A DNA stretch of 64,000 nt from Chara braunii. Its lineage: Eukaryota > Plantae > Charophyceae. The position numbers and the translations under genes were made by a program. Shown piece by piece: positions 49,266-63,198 of this stretch (the stretch's first letter is position 1; every line of letters starts with the position of its first letter). The stretch spans positions 2,284,312 to 2,348,311 of the forward strand of contig BFEA01000001.1 in the NCBI GenBank assembly GCA_003427395.1, written 5' to 3'. The notes beneath the pieces are model-generated. The model saw only the letters and a program-made list of their open reading frames with translations. It was not told the origin of the DNA and searched no databases.

Positions 49266-49866
49266 CAAAGACGGGAAGAAAGAGGAATAGCCAGCAAGAA
49301 AAACCACAACCCACACATGGGGAAGTGTCAATCACAATCACGACTCACGGCAGGCCAGGTAATCTCCTTCGTCCTCTGCGACTCTCTTTCTCTTTTATCA
49401 TCTCCCCCTCCTTCCTCTTCTTTTTTCTCTCGTCGTCACCCTCTCCTTCTGCAACATCGGTTGTCTTCTCCCTCTTCTCCCTCCGAGTGAAACAGGCCGC
49501 TGTCCCGCCCTGAACGCACCTGTGCGGTGCGCCTCACCTAAGTCAGTGCACACTCCGACCGTAGCTAGATACAACGTCTATCTTGGTAATCAACGCGCCC
49601 CGTAATCAGGGATAGATTCATCTACAGGAGCGGTAGGAAGATCGATGACAACAAAAAATATAATGAGTAAATAAATAATGAAAAAGAAAACAGTAATAAT
49701 AAGTAACAATAATACCATGATATCGAATGTATACAAGCTTCTTTCCTGTCTGATGCAGTCGACAGGGAGGGGGCGTGTGTTTTGGGGGAAAGCCGCTGCA
49801 CGGCTTCGCCGTTCCCAACGGTGGAGGGGGGGGGTGTCGAGGGCGGGGGAAAGGGTTAAGGGGGGG

Positions 49867-50473
49867 GAGAGAGAGAGAGAGAGAGAGNNNNNNNNNNNNN
49901 NNNNNNNNNNNNNNNNNNNNNNNNNNNNNNNNNNNNNNNNNNNNNNNNNNNNNNNNNNNNNNNNNNNNNNNNNNNNNNNNNNNNNNNNNNNNNNNNNNNN
50001 NNNNNNNNNNNNNNNNNNNNNNNNNNNNNNNNNNNNNNNNNNNNNNNNNNNNNNNNNNNNNNNNNNNNNNNNNNNNNNNNNNNNNNNNNNNNNNNNNNNN
50101 NNNNNNNNNNNNNNNNNNNNNNNNNNNNNNNNNNNNNNNNNNNNNNNNNNNNNNNNNNNNNNNNNNNNNNNNNNNNNNNNNNNNNNNNNNNNNNNNNNNN
50201 NNNNNNNNNNNNNNNNNNNNNNNNNNNNNNNNNNNNNNNNNNNNNNNNNNNNNNNNNNNNNNNNNNNNNNNNNNNNNNNNNNNNNNNNNNNNNNNNNNNN
50301 NNNNNNNNNNNNNNNNNNNNNNNNNNNNNNNNNNNNNNNNNNNNNNNNNNNNNNNNNNNNNNNNNNNNNNNNNNNNNNNNNNNNNNNNNNNNNNNNNNNN
50401 NNNNNNNNNNNNNNNNNNNNNNNNNNNNNNNNNNNNNNNNNNNNNNNNNNNNNNNNNNNNNNNNNNNNNNNNN

Positions 50474-50545
<72 letters not shown>
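49867..50545. repeat. (GA)n microsatellite flanking an N-gap
   Basis: GA runs on both sides of the gap. Confidence 0.9.
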
Positions 50546-50547
<2 letters not shown>

Positions 50548-50619
50548 CGACAGAAAGACAACCACAGGGTGTTGCTAACAATGGGAAGTAGCATGCATGC
50601 ACTACACATAGTAATATAT

Positions 50620-50800
50620 AACGTTTGTGAATACAACGACCAGCCACATAATCAAACCCTCTAACTATGAAGTCTACTACAATATACGACTCAATTGAAC
50701 AATATCTTTGTCCATTGGTGATGTTTTGATCAAACAGCAATGGTTGTGGTACCGTTGTACGGAACTTGCAGATAATCAAGCATGATGGCGAAATGAGATC
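50620..50800 (+). pseudogene. Possible pogo-like (DDE_1) transposase relic
   Basis: TTTSHIIKPSNYE...LVMF/DQTAMVVVP resembles TT..QKLP..WE...IINxDQT of pogo-like transposases; short and frameshifted. Confidence 0.3.
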
Positions 50801-51999
50801 TTCAAAAGCCATCCTGTACCAGCAGGCATGTGTTTGCTGAACTTACTCCAGGTAAAAAAAAGCAGAGATGTCGAATATCATTCTCCTCGTTCCCACCTCT
50901 GCCCCTCCGTTCTTCTTTTTTCCTCCAATTTATTAAGCAAAAGAACAAGGCTGATGGAGATTGCGACTCATCTTTGATTGCCCGCGCTTTTGACCCAAAT
51001 TGACCGTTTATCATCTGAAGGGGATATGGCAAAAAAAACAAGCCTTCTTCCTTTCCCTGCAAGTTCTAACTCTCTGTTCCTGCACCACTATCCTAGCTTG
51101 AGGATGTGATCACTGAGTAGATAGTGATGATATCTGTCAGATGAGATGCGTTGCAGTCACCGGCACTTGGTGTGGTGCCTTTAGTGGTTTCACCCCTTCG
51201 CTTAATTCACAGCTTTGCATGTGTGTTTCTGCATTCGGCTAATATGTCTTATGATTAACGATGATCGACTCTGTGCCACAGACTGTATGTGCTTCGGAAA
51301 AGCATCATGGGTGTAGACACTCTCATCTGATCGTTCGCTTCAGATGAAAACGATGAAAAAAGTAAATCAGGCAGCCGGCTGAACATCCAGAATGTCCCCA
51401 CTGTCGTCCAGCGTCATCATGTCAATTAAGTCATCAAGCGCTGCTTGCTGGCACTGGAATTGAGCCAGCTGTCGCTCCAGCTTTTCAATCAACACCAAGT
51501 GGGTTTTGATTGCTTCCTCATCCCTGCATTCAGTCGCAAATCAAAGAAGATAGCGCTGGTTACCGGTGCAGTGTCAGGTGGTAGTAGGTGGGAAAAACAC
51601 CCAACTTGGCCTGTGAATGCACTATAATCTGTCTCTTGCTTCTTCTTTCTCTATTCCTCCCTCCCCTGCTTCCTCCCTCACTTGACACAGAAAGCAGGAG
51701 CTCCTGGTCTAGCCTCCAATCCACTCCTCCCTCACTCTCTTCCTTCCTTCATTCTCTCGTCCTCTGCATCTCTTGTCAGTTTCATTTTGCGCTCTGCCCC
51801 TTTCATAATGCTGCCTGAATTCGCAATCAACATCGCTCTTCGCTCTTTTTTAATATCTACGGCTTTTGACAAAGAAACACGTTCATCAGCCAGAAGACTT
51901 CAACCCAATGGCAAAGCATTCATGGTAGTAGACATGGGTTTTAACTTTTGAACTGAAGCAGGACGAAAATTGAGATAGAACTCACTTAGTCTGTCGTTG

Positions 52000-53216
52000 A
52001 CTCTGCACACACCCCAACGGAGATTATCTAGGGGACCGAAGAATCTAACGGAAAACCACTTTGCTTAACTGCACACAAACCAAGGGAGACTTTGTCTATG
52101 AGACCAAGGAGGATATAGGGCAAATGACTTAACTCAGGTAACTGTGATTTATTTTACCTTCTTTTTTTTTCCGAACTCAGCCCCGGTCTGCTAGAGGGGT
52201 GGATACGAGCATCCCTGTCTGGCAGCCTCACCGCTGGCTGCTCCATTCTATTGGCAGGGAGCCGCATCTGCTGGAAACCGGTTCCAGCGCCCCTTACACA
52301 CAACCCTGGGGCCATTATCTGGTTTCGGCTCAGAACATGACCGTGTTGTTAATCTGTTTTTCATTTTCTCACAACAACCCCCACACGACCACTTCCGTAT
52401 TTTGCTCAACCTCAGTTCTAGCTGTGCCAAGCCAATCTGGCTGCTCATGTACTCATGAGTTGAGAACTGATTTGTGAGGAATCTATGGAGATAAATGACT
52501 TGCCTGTCAGTCAATCCTGCTTCCTGATGGAGCAATTAATGCTGATTGGGGCTGCCTTTGGCCATATAATGGAAGAGGAAGGCTAGAGGTACACATATGA
52601 TTTGTGTCCGGGCCTTGCCGGGTGGACAAGGAACCAGACTGCAATCAGACTTGTCTTCACCTCACGTTCAACATGCATACATGCAGCTGGCGATGACAAC
52701 AGGAACTTCCACAAACGCAGAATCAGCTACAGACTTGAGATGGCGCTGTGCGTCCACACAAAAAACTCAGAGATATGGCCTTCGGCCAGGGACTCAGCTC
52801 AAAACAACTTGTCACATCGCATGGCTATGGCGTCTGAGCACCAGTCTGGAATTCCCATCCGAACACTGTATCCACTGTCAGACACACTCCCACACACGTA
52901 TGCACACAACACTAGGATCTACACTGACTGTCTGCACTCACTCTCACACACGATCTTCTAACTTCGACACATAGCCGGCTATGGCCGCCGTTGTCTTCGT
53001 CTTCCTAGCAGCTATGGCTGCTCTCCCTCTTCCACATTCGGGCTTCTTGCTGACCACCGGCAAACTCAACACAGAAGTCACGCGAGCAGCACTTCCACAT
53101 AGTGGACGTGCAGTCCCACTCTGGTACTTGCTGCAAAAACAGACTGGACTGGGACTTCACTTTCGTTCGCCCCTTCGGTGTTTGACTTGGGACTCTTGAC
53201 CTCTCAGAGATCGACA
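52000..53216 (-). mobile_element. Probable 3' LTR of the chromovirus
   Basis: Minus strand reads GGTTGAAAGGGCAGTC|TGTCGA (PPT-like tract then TG) at 53216. Distal boundary uncertain. Confidence 0.45.
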
Positions 53217-53599
53217 GACTGCCCTTTCAACCTGGGAGAGAGTCAACTTAAAAACAAACTGGACTGGGACTTCCTTTCGTTTGCGCCTTCGGTGTTTGAC
53301 TTGGGACTCTTGACCTTTCAGAGATTGACTTGAGAGATCAAGTTGACTCTTCGAGGACTGTTCCCACCACGACCTAGTGACCTTTCAAAGGACTTACAGA
53401 CGACCCTGAGAACTCCTAAACATCTAGCCTACAGATCAAGTCCAGATGACCCAAGCTGCACACACAAAACATTTTTGTACATGGTTTTTGGGACAGGTCA
53501 TGGGTTCAAAACACACAGGGTCAACAGACAGCTGTACAATGGGCTAGGGGAGGTCTGGGGATCGAGTCATGGTATCTGCAATTGTTGTGCGAACTGGGT

Positions 53600-56500
53600 G
53601 AAACCCTTTCACTCCCACCGTCCTAAATTCGAGGTCCTCCGAGAACTCTTTAATCCAAGGCAGGACCTTTACCTTTTCTTGCTCTCTCGTAAGCATGCAC
53701 CATGTCGGGAGTGGTTTCTAGAAGCTCGGTCCTTGTGAACCATCTGTCGTCCTCAGGTTCCTGGTAAGCAAACCGGAGTTTGTACTGCTTCTGGGGACGA
53801 CCTCTACTTCCAGTCTGGAATACATTTTCTTCTAGTATTCAGTCTATGTCATAGGTGTCATCTATATCTAGTGGAATCATTGATCTCCGCGAAGGAAACT
53901 GTTGATTGGTGACACAAGGTAACAACTTCTATGCATGGAAGACCGGATACGTATGGAGGTGAGGTGGAATCTTTATCGTATATGATGGCCCATCCACTGC
54001 ACTTCTAGGACAGGCCACGACCCTCTATACGCGGGGAAGAGCTTCTGCGAGATGTTTTCTTCTGGTGCAAATTCCTTTTGACTTGACCCAAACTAAGTCG
54101 CCTACCCTGAATTGTGAGGGTCTGCGACACTTATTCACTTGTTCAATCATGCGATGTTGGGCTTTTCTAAGGTTTTCGATCACCCTCTGCACTTCCTTCT
54201 CGTGCTGCAGAGCAAACTCTCTTGTACCGGGCGGTAACCTTTGAATCTTGTCCCGGTTAAGTCCTCCAAGCAGCCGACGTGGTTTAAAGGACTTATGCAC
54301 CTCGTTAGGAGTCTTGCAAGTAGCTAGATGTACGTTGTTGTTGTAGGCACTAGCTACTTTGGGAAGCATCTCGTCCCAATTCATTTGATCTGGTCTAATA
54401 TACATTCTGAGTAATTGCTGCAAGATCTTATTCATCTGTTCTGCCTGGTCATTTGTTTCTGGATGACGGTCGAACGACATCAACAACTTAGAACCGTAAA
54501 CTTTCATGAGATTTTGCCAGTTCTGGCTGGTAAACTACGTGTCTCTATCACTAACTATTGACAGCGGTATGCCATGCTTACTTACCCAGAAATCAAAGAA
54601 CTTCTCTATGACTAATTAAGTTCTTGCCTCTACGGGCAAAGGTACGAAAACGACATACTTACTAAATCGATCTATTACGACCATGACTTGACTTTTCCCA
54701 TGCCTACTCCTAACCCCTATATCCATGAAGTCAATGGAAACAAACTCTCAGGGTCCTGCTGGGATAGGCAAGAGTCTAAGAAGACCTAGAGCCATCTTTC
54801 ATGCCAGGCCATGTATACGACATCAATAGGTTGGCTTATATCTTTTGCCAACCAAAGTGTCCTTCTGTATGATGGCATTCCCCTAGGATCAAACTACGGA
54901 TCTCTTCATTATTGGGAACGCACAGTCTATCAACGACATTGGTCTTCTCAAAGAGTAGCCCGTTTGTGGTCCGATAATCTGGCTCACTGTCAAGGGTTTC
55001 CCTCTCCTTTTTAAGGAGATCACTGTAGATCAGATCCTGAGCATATGCATCTTTTATTTTCTGTTGTAGATCTACCCCTATGTCTAGATAATGCATTGTT
55101 GCCCCAAAGTAATCAGCTCTCCTACTTAAGGCATTGGCTACCATGTTATTCTTACCTTTCACGGGCTTGAGCTCAAAGTCAAATTGGTCTATCTTTGTTG
55201 CTCACCTAGTCAACTTGGGCGCCATCTTGGCTTGCGTCTTTAGCCATCTCAGAGTTTCATGATCTGAGTAGACTTTAAAGTGTCTCTCAAGCAGGTAATG
55301 TCTCCAATGATATAAGGCCTGCCAAGGATCGTAGAGCTTTTTTTCATACATCGAGGCTGCTACTTATTTTGAAGGCAGTCTGGCTGATATGAACTCTATG
55401 TGTCTATAGCCATCATCGTCATTCTGTTGTAACACAGCCCCTATGCCATATTGGCTTGCGTCTGTCGTGACGACGAAGGGTAATGAAGGATCAGCTACCT
55501 TGAGGACAGGATATTCTAATAGGATCTTCTGTGCCTTCTTTCAGGCCAAGGTACAATCTTCGTCCCACTTCCAGATTGCTTCCTTCTTAAGGAGTCTGCG
55601 AACGGGAGCAACGATAGTAGAAAAGTTATCGTAGAAAAGTTTCTCACAATCTTTCTGTAGTAGTTGCTCAATCCTAAAAACGGTCGCAACTCCGTTAGAG
55701 TGTGAGGAACTGGCCAGTCTCTAATTGTTGTTATCTTGTCGTTCTCTGGTTTGATGCCATCTCCATCTCACATGTGTCCCAAGTAGAAGACTTCTGTTTT
55801 GGCCCACTCACACTTTTTTGCATTAATCTCGAAGTTGGCTTTCGTCACTTTTTCCAAAATCTGCCTCAGATGGCCCTCATGTTCCTGCACGGACTTACTA
55901 AAACTAAGATGTGGTCTAAATATACTACAGCGAATTTATCTAGCCATGGTCTAAACAAGTCGTTCATACAACACTAAAAGATGGTTGGTGCATTAGTTAG
56001 TCCAAAAGGCATCACTATGAACTCATAATGCCCATATTGAGCCCGGAATGTTTCTTATGTTGGTCGCCAGGGTGGACCTCTATCTGATGATACCTCTACT
56101 CCAAGTGTATCTCCATGAAGTACTTGCAACCTTGCACCCGATCTAACCGATCGTCTATACGGGACAATGGTTCTGCATTCTTGACGGTTACTGCATTCAA
56201 ACTCCTGTAGTCGATACACACTCTCACTTCTCCCTCTTTCTTGGGGACAAACATAAAGGCGTGCCAAAAAGAGATGATCTGGGTCTAACCCATCCTTTTT
56301 CTAGGAGCCCATCTAACTGTTTACGTAGCTCCTCTAGCTCTTTGGGAGACATTCTGTAAACTTCTCCCTTAAGCGTCTTACTGTCAGACTCTATCTCTAT
56401 GCGGTGTTGAATAGCCTTTCATACCCTCCCTGAGGGTGCTTCAACTATGTCTGCATACTCCTTGAGCAATCTGACAACAATAGGATGAATCTTATCTTCC

Positions 56501-58830
56501 TCTTTTGGCTGATCCGATGCTAGCTTCACATAGGCTACAAAGACATGTTCTTCAAGTTGCTCCTTCCTTATGAGTCTGGTGAAGGCAGAAGCATTAAGGC
56601 AGCAATGTGCTAAGGAGTCGTAAACTCCTGACATTTGGAGCAGGCGGGGTTTCTCAACTATAGATTTAAAGATCTCTATGTTGGCTTAACAGTAGTTGCC
56701 CCTTATGATTCATCTTCATCTTGGCCAAGGCCGACCATCTCTCTTTTAACTCTTTGACCAAGCCTGTGAGGGAAGTGCCTAGAAAAACTATAACACAAGC
56801 AGTCTCTTGGCAGCTAGCTAGGTGCTGGCCAGCAACCTTCATCATGGAGGCAAGTGGAGTGGGAGTTTTTGTTTCGCGCGCGCGCTCATTTCCACGTGCT
56901 CCCAGGGTAGGGGCAGTTGCTACCTCTACCGACGGTTGCCTTTTGCTGCCCCAAATGCAGCGGGATTAGGTTTCGTGTATTTCGGGCAAAATTTGATGAT
57001 GCGCTTGGGATCTCTACAGAACACGCATTGGAATTTGTCCATACGATCCTGTCGGGGTCTGCCTTCCGGCCATCTTGGGTGCCATCCACCCCTTCTGGGA
57101 GGTGATCAACTAGAGCTCGGGCGGTTAGACAGGGGACCTTGACCCCTACCTCCCTCTTGGAGGTCTCTGCTGCCGCCAACCCCCTGGCCACCTGGCCCTC
57201 GACCACCTGAGGCCTGGCAACCTCTGCCACAACCTCGTTCTCCTCCTTGCAGCCTCCCTCCGGCCGCGACAGCAACGTACGAACTCCCTCTCTCTGCACT
57301 ATTGTCCTCCTCCTCAAGTCCCCATTCAATGTCAGCGTAGGGGACTTCCTCGACACCACCTTCTTTCATTGTTAGTATGAGACTGTCGTTGGCCTTAACT
57401 TGGCCAGAGATGGTGTGACCCTTCCACTTTTTCCCTTTAGCTAAGTCCTTATGCCAGAAAATCGTAACTGGCATGGGCTGGGCGACGAAGGCAAGAACTT
57501 CCCTACTGAAGAGATCATAGGTCATCCGAAGTTGCTGCTTCTTGTTAAAGAAGTGCCCTTGTAATTGCTCAGGCAACGCACGATAGAAGAGTTGGGTTAA
57601 CTGTGTTTATGTAACTCCATGGCCAGGCACAACAAGTTCGTTCATAGCGACTTTCAATGCGTGAACACTCTCCCAACGCCGCGTATGGATCATTTGGAGT
57701 TTGTCGGGCGCCTTCAATCCTCTAGTGACGTCCGCAAAACGTTCTCGCAGTGCAGCAAAGAAATCGCTGAGGTTAGCAATAGCAAAAAGCGAGCATGTCA
57801 TTTTCGCAGTAGACGGCCCGTGCGAGAGACCTAGCAAAACTAGTTGCTTCAGCACTCAAGGCTTGAAAGGCTGTCAGGATATGGTCGTCGGGAGGCTCGT
57901 TCTGTAAGTACAGATATGACTTAATACTAGCCTCCCAATTGTTAAAGTCCTCACCTCTTTTCCAACTGTAGGACTCAGGGAAGCGAACTTTGAGTCTCTC
58001 ACGGAGGGGTTGTGATTCTTCCTCCTTGGGGGCTGCCAACTTGACACCCTCGATCGCACCGGTGCAAAACTTCTCTGTTCTCCCGATTGCAGTCTGCATT
58101 TCATTTACAAGCCGAATCATTATCTCCTGGGAAAAGTTGTGGAACCCAGCTCATGTGGATTCAAGTGCTATATCATGCCCATGAAGGGGCCTTCTCTATT
58201 CTCGTTGAGCTGCCAGAACAGAGGTCATACTATGGGAGAGGGTGTCAATCTTTTTCATGAGACGCAACTTCCACTCCAATTGGTTCTTCTACTCTTGTGC
58301 CTGACGACGCAGGGAACTCTTCTCTCTCTCCATCTCTCTTCTTACTGTTTCTCTTTCTGCCTGGGGGACAGCGAACTCTGTTTCCCTATCTTCCCCAGGG
58401 ATAGTCCTACCACCCATTCCTTCACAACCCTTGTCCACCTCTTCCGGTGGAGGTAGACCTGTACTCGACCCTCCTCTCTCCTACTTCCCTTCTTTTGGGC
58501 CCTTCACTGCTTCCTTCTCTCTCCTCCTCTTTAACAGCCCTACTAACGGGGGCCCCTCTTCTTTGCTTTCATTTTCCTCTTCTTCTTCTTCGGCCAATTC
58601 TTTGGCCAACTTCGCCTTCTGTTCCTTCTTCCACGCCTCCATCTTCTCCTCAACCTTTTTCTTTTCGCCCGCTTCTTCTTCCAACAAGGCCAGTTTCTTG
58701 GGCTGTCTCACCGAGGCTTTCTTCTCCTTCGTCTCCTTCTGCTCTAGAAGAATTGTGGCAGCCTTCTCCTCCTGTTCTTTACTATATGGCACGGTCTGGA
58801 TTCGAGACTTAGTAGTCACAGTGCAACAAA
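53600..58830 (-). mobile_element. Decayed chromovirus (Ty3/gypsy) gag-pol
   Basis: Coiled-coil/gag with G-rich tail, RT MPFGLTNAP and VVYLDHI, RNase H FVVTTDASQYGIGAVL, NMVANALSR, integrase VSIDFMD/VSDRD/HPETNDQAEQMN, chromodomain-like end (~53640-53880). Confidence 0.92.
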
Positions 58831-60163
58831 CGGTCCGCCAGAATCCCAACTGAAAGAGGAAACGGAGCAAGGGCCCCCAAAGGGAGAGGCCCGCCATGAA
58901 GGCAAACATAGCGTAGTCGTCTTGGACGAAGTCACAATCACAAACGATTTTGCTCCTCAACACTTAGACCAACCGACCTAGACATTGACCACGTAGAGGA
59001 TTACAGAGGTTCTCTCTTCCACCTTAGCCAGGCTACCACTGCGGTCCGATGCTTTCGCAACCACAGTTCAATCTTTCCACAACCGTCGGATGCCTGTGCT
59101 CCCACGGCCCAATTCCTGCCTCGCTTTGGCTTCCAATTGTCCCTCTGTCAACTACTCGAGACCTACATGACCCCCTAGGCCGCGGATCCAGCGGCCTTGG
59201 CCGCAGCTGAGGAGGCCGGTCGCGGGTCCGCGNNNNNNNNNNNNNNNNNNNNNNNNNNNNNNNNNNNNNNNNNNNNNNNNNNNNNNNNNNNNNNNNNNNN
59301 NNNNNNNNNNNNNNNNNNNNNNNNNNNNNNNNNNNNNNNNNNNNNNNNNNNNNNNNNNNNNNNNNNNNNNNNNNNNNNNNNNNNNNNNNNNNNNNNNNNN
59401 NNNNNNNNNNNNNNNNNNNNNNNNNNNNNNNNNNNNNNNNNNNNNNNNNNNNNNNNNNNNNNNNNNNNNNNNNNNNNNNNNNNNNNNNNNNNNNNNNNNN
59501 NNNNNNNNNNNNNNNNNNNNNNNNNNNNNNNNNNNNNNNNNNNNNNNNNNNNNNNNNNNNNNNNNNNNNNNNNNNNNNNNNNNNNNNNNNNNNNNNNNNN
59601 NNNNNNNNNNNNNNNNNNNNNNNNNNNNNNNNNNNNNNNNNNNNNNNNNNNNNNNNNNNNNNNNNNNNNNNNNNNNNNNNNNNNNNNNNNNNNNNNNNNN
59701 NNNNNNNNNNNNNNNNNNNNNNNNNNNNNNNNNNNNNNNNNNNNNNNNNNNNNNNNNNNNNNNNNNNNNNNNNNNNNNNNNNNNNNNNNNNNNNNNNNNN
59801 NNNNNNNNNNNNNNNNNNNNNNNNNNNNNNNNNNNNNNNNNNNNNNNNNNNNNNNNNNNNNNNNNNNNNNNNNNNNNNNNNNNNNNNNNNNNNNNNNNNN
59901 NNNNNNNNNNNNNNNNNNNNNNNNNNNNNNNNNNNNNNNNNNNNNNNNNNNNNNNNNNNNNNNNNNNNNNNNNNNNNNNNNNNNNNNNNNNNNNNNNNNN
60001 NNNNNNNNNNNNNNNNNNNNNNNNNNNNNNNNNNNNNNNNNNNNNNNNNNNNNNNNNNNNNNNNNNNNNNNNNNNNNNNNNNNNNNNNNNNNNNNNNNNN
60101 NNNNNNNNNNNNNNNNNNNNNNNNNNNNNNNNNNNNNNNNNNNNNNNNNNNNNNNNNNNNNNN

Positions 60164-60251
<88 letters not shown>

Positions 60252-60276
60252 GGAGGACACACACACACACACACAC
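60164..60276. repeat. (CT)n(CA)n compound microsatellite
   Basis: Direct reading. Confidence 0.95.
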
Positions 60277-61907
60277 CAACCCCAGCCTGACCCCTTTATT
60301 TCTTTATTTGTTTTCAATTTGTACATCTCAATTTTTTTTGACACCCGGGCAACATGCAGTGAGGGCGCAGCGCTGCCGGGAGCGCTGCGCCCTGCCTGCA
60401 TCGATACTGCGTGTTCTACGAGGCACTTTCACACCGGGGAGGAGCGGTGCGATGCAACAGCGAAGTGATGGTGTCGGGTGCTTTCTATTGGGCGTGCGTG
60501 CATGGCGCGGAGCTGGCGAGTGGGGCGGCTGCAGCAAGCGACATGTGACGGTCTTTGGCTATGTCGCGGTGTGGTAGGGGAGGCGGTGGCATGTTGAGGG
60601 GTGAGGAGTCCGTGGAGCTTTCTCCTCTGCTCTCCCTGCGTGCTGCCGGTGTTGCGTTTTTTGGAAGGAGGAGCCGCAGCATCTGTTTGGAAATACTGGC
60701 CAAGCCGTGCTGCTGGCGCACGAGTGCTCTACAATCCTCGCGTAGGCAAGCTTTTTGACGATGCGGGGATGTGGGCGTATGGGATTTCAAGGTTTTTCCT
60801 CCATGGCTCTTCGATTGTGGATGGTAGGGGCGGGGGAGCTGCTTGGTGGTGCGATCTACCCACGTTACAAGCTGACAGGGTCGAGATTGGAGAGGGGTTG
60901 TTTTCTCAAGAGTTTTGAACGGCCCTGTTGAGGTTTCTCTGTGCTACGATGTAGATGCCTCGTGTGCCCTAGTGATGCGTGAAGATGCAAAGGGGTGCGA
61001 GGGCGACGGTTCCCGCGAGGTAGGAGCGACGTCACATACAAGTGGAGGGGGAGTGGAAGAAAAGACTCATGGAGGATTTACGGAGGTGACTTTTCTTCGA
61101 TGCTGCTTTTGCGAGAGCTTCAGGATGGTTGCCATGCTCGTGTGTCAAGACTAACTCTGTTTGCCGTGCAGATTACCTAAACATGCATATAATCTCTGAC
61201 ATCGTGTGTATTCATTGGTTGTTCTTTAGTATCCTCTATGATCTACTAACCCTATCTCAGAAAATCTTGATTTGATCCTGTTGCTGGAAGTAGTTTTTCA
61301 TGATTTTTCATGATTTGATTTGATCCTGTTGTTGGAGATAGTATTTTTTGTGATTCCTTGTGATCCTCTTTTGAGATCTCCATCTAAAACTTCGATTCAT
61401 CTCTACTCGTAGGGATGATTTTAGCCACTGTGTTATCTCCAGTAATAACCGTTATTACCAATAGTAACCGCTATTGCCATCAAAACTACGATCCGTTTTT
61501 TTAATTCTCCAGTCCTTGAATCACTATGATCAAAATCACAATCAAAATCACAATCAAAATCACGATCTAAATTTCTGTCTTAGTTTCTCGATAGTCATAA
61601 GTCTGATTTCAGGCATCTCATGTGTTTTTTGTACAATGATTTTCCACAGGATTTCCTAATTTCATCTAAAATCTTATCCGTATCACGATCATTTTGTGGT
61701 GTTCCAAACCAATTGATTTTCTCTTGTCTTCAAGAAGCTTCTGAGGTTGATGTTCATTAGTTTTTTACCGGTAATAAGCTCTTGGTGATTTCGGTTCTTG
61801 TCGGATGAATCCACTGCGAAATCCATAGAGTTGGTCAAGGTCCTAATTAGGGCATCTAAAATTCGCTTTAAAAATCTCGTAGATTCATATGGGGCGGTTC
61901 TGTTGAG

Positions 61908-62600
61908 TTGGGGGATCTGTCCAAGAAGGGGGGCAAAGGGCACGAGATGACTCTTTGTGAGGACGGAGAGAGGGTTGCATCGGGGTTGTCGGAGGGGTAC
62001 CGGCTAGGGAAACTTTCATCAGATGCGATTGGCGTCGGGCAGCTTTGGTTGTCGGATGGGTACAGGCTGATGAGGGTTTACTCTGGTGCGATTGGCCTCA
62101 AGCGGTACTGGTTCACCCTCTCGATGACGGAAACTGGAATTTCCGAGGGGCCAGGAGATTGCAGGGTGAGGATTGTGTCTCGTTCTTGCTGAGGGCATGG
62201 TCTGTCGAACTCTTTACTAGGACGGAGTTGGGGAGGTGAAGGAGGTGAGTGTAGGTTTTGTTGGGTTATGGGGGATCTGTTCAAGGTGGAGGGCAAAGGG
62301 CACGAGATGATTCTTTGTGAGGACGGAGAGAGGGTTGAGTTAGGTTGTCTGAGGGGTACCGGCTGGGGGATCTTTCATTAGATGCGATTGGCATCAGGCA
62401 GCCTAAGCTGCCGGATGGGTACCGGCTGATGAGGGATCATTCTGGTGCAATTGGCTTCAGGCAGTGCTGGCTTGCGCTCTCGAAGACGGAAACTGGAATC
62501 TCCGAAGGGGGCAGGAGATTGCATGATGAGGATTGTGCCTGGCTCGTGCTGAGGATATGGTCCTTCGAACCCTTTGCTAGGATGGAGTTGGGGAGGGCGA
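61908..62600. repeat. 360-bp tandem duplication
   Basis: GGGGATCTGT..AAG...GGGCAAAGGGCACGAGATGA.TCTTTGTGAGGACGGAGAGAGGGTTG at ~61911 and ~62271. Confidence 0.9.
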
Positions 62601-63114
62601 TCCGGGACCTCCCCTTCGATGACAAAGACAAAACTACTGCACTTGTTGACTTTCCGGGACCTCCCTTTCGATGACGAAGACAGAACTGTAACAATTGCAG
62701 TCCTTTGGAAAAAGATGGCGGGGTGTCACGCGTCCTACTAGTNANTGGGCTAGCTGGTAGGATGGGAATAGAGCACAGCAGCAGCAGAGATGGTGGCTCT
62801 GCTGCAGTAAGTCTTGCTGGAGTGGGGACAAGGGGATTGACTGGGGGGTCTGTTCAAATCGTATCTCTGAGTCAAAGCCGGGTAATGGCCCCGGTATCTT
62901 AACTTTCAAAAGAAGCAGCTCTAAACTTTTAGTAGCTTTTTCGCTTTATTTTCATGAAATTTTCGGATGATTTTTCTGATCGTGTCGGTTATGGGACGCT
63001 GGGCCCGGTTCCCAGTTGGTGCCTATTTGTGAGGATAAGGTTGTATTTGTGGGACGCTGGACCCGGTTTCCAGCAGGTGTTGCTCCCCACCAATAGATGG
63101 AGCGTGTGTTTCAA

Positions 63115-63124
63115 AAAAAATAAA

Positions 63125-63193
<69 letters not shown>

Positions 63194-63198
63194 AAATT
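63115..63198. repeat. 18-bp A-rich minisatellite
   Basis: TAAAAATAAAAAAATAAA repeated about 4 times. Confidence 0.9.

Noticed and set aside
38747-60468. Long ORFs (267-501 aa) in the ORF track
   Set aside because: They consist of X from N-gaps plus microsatellite translation.
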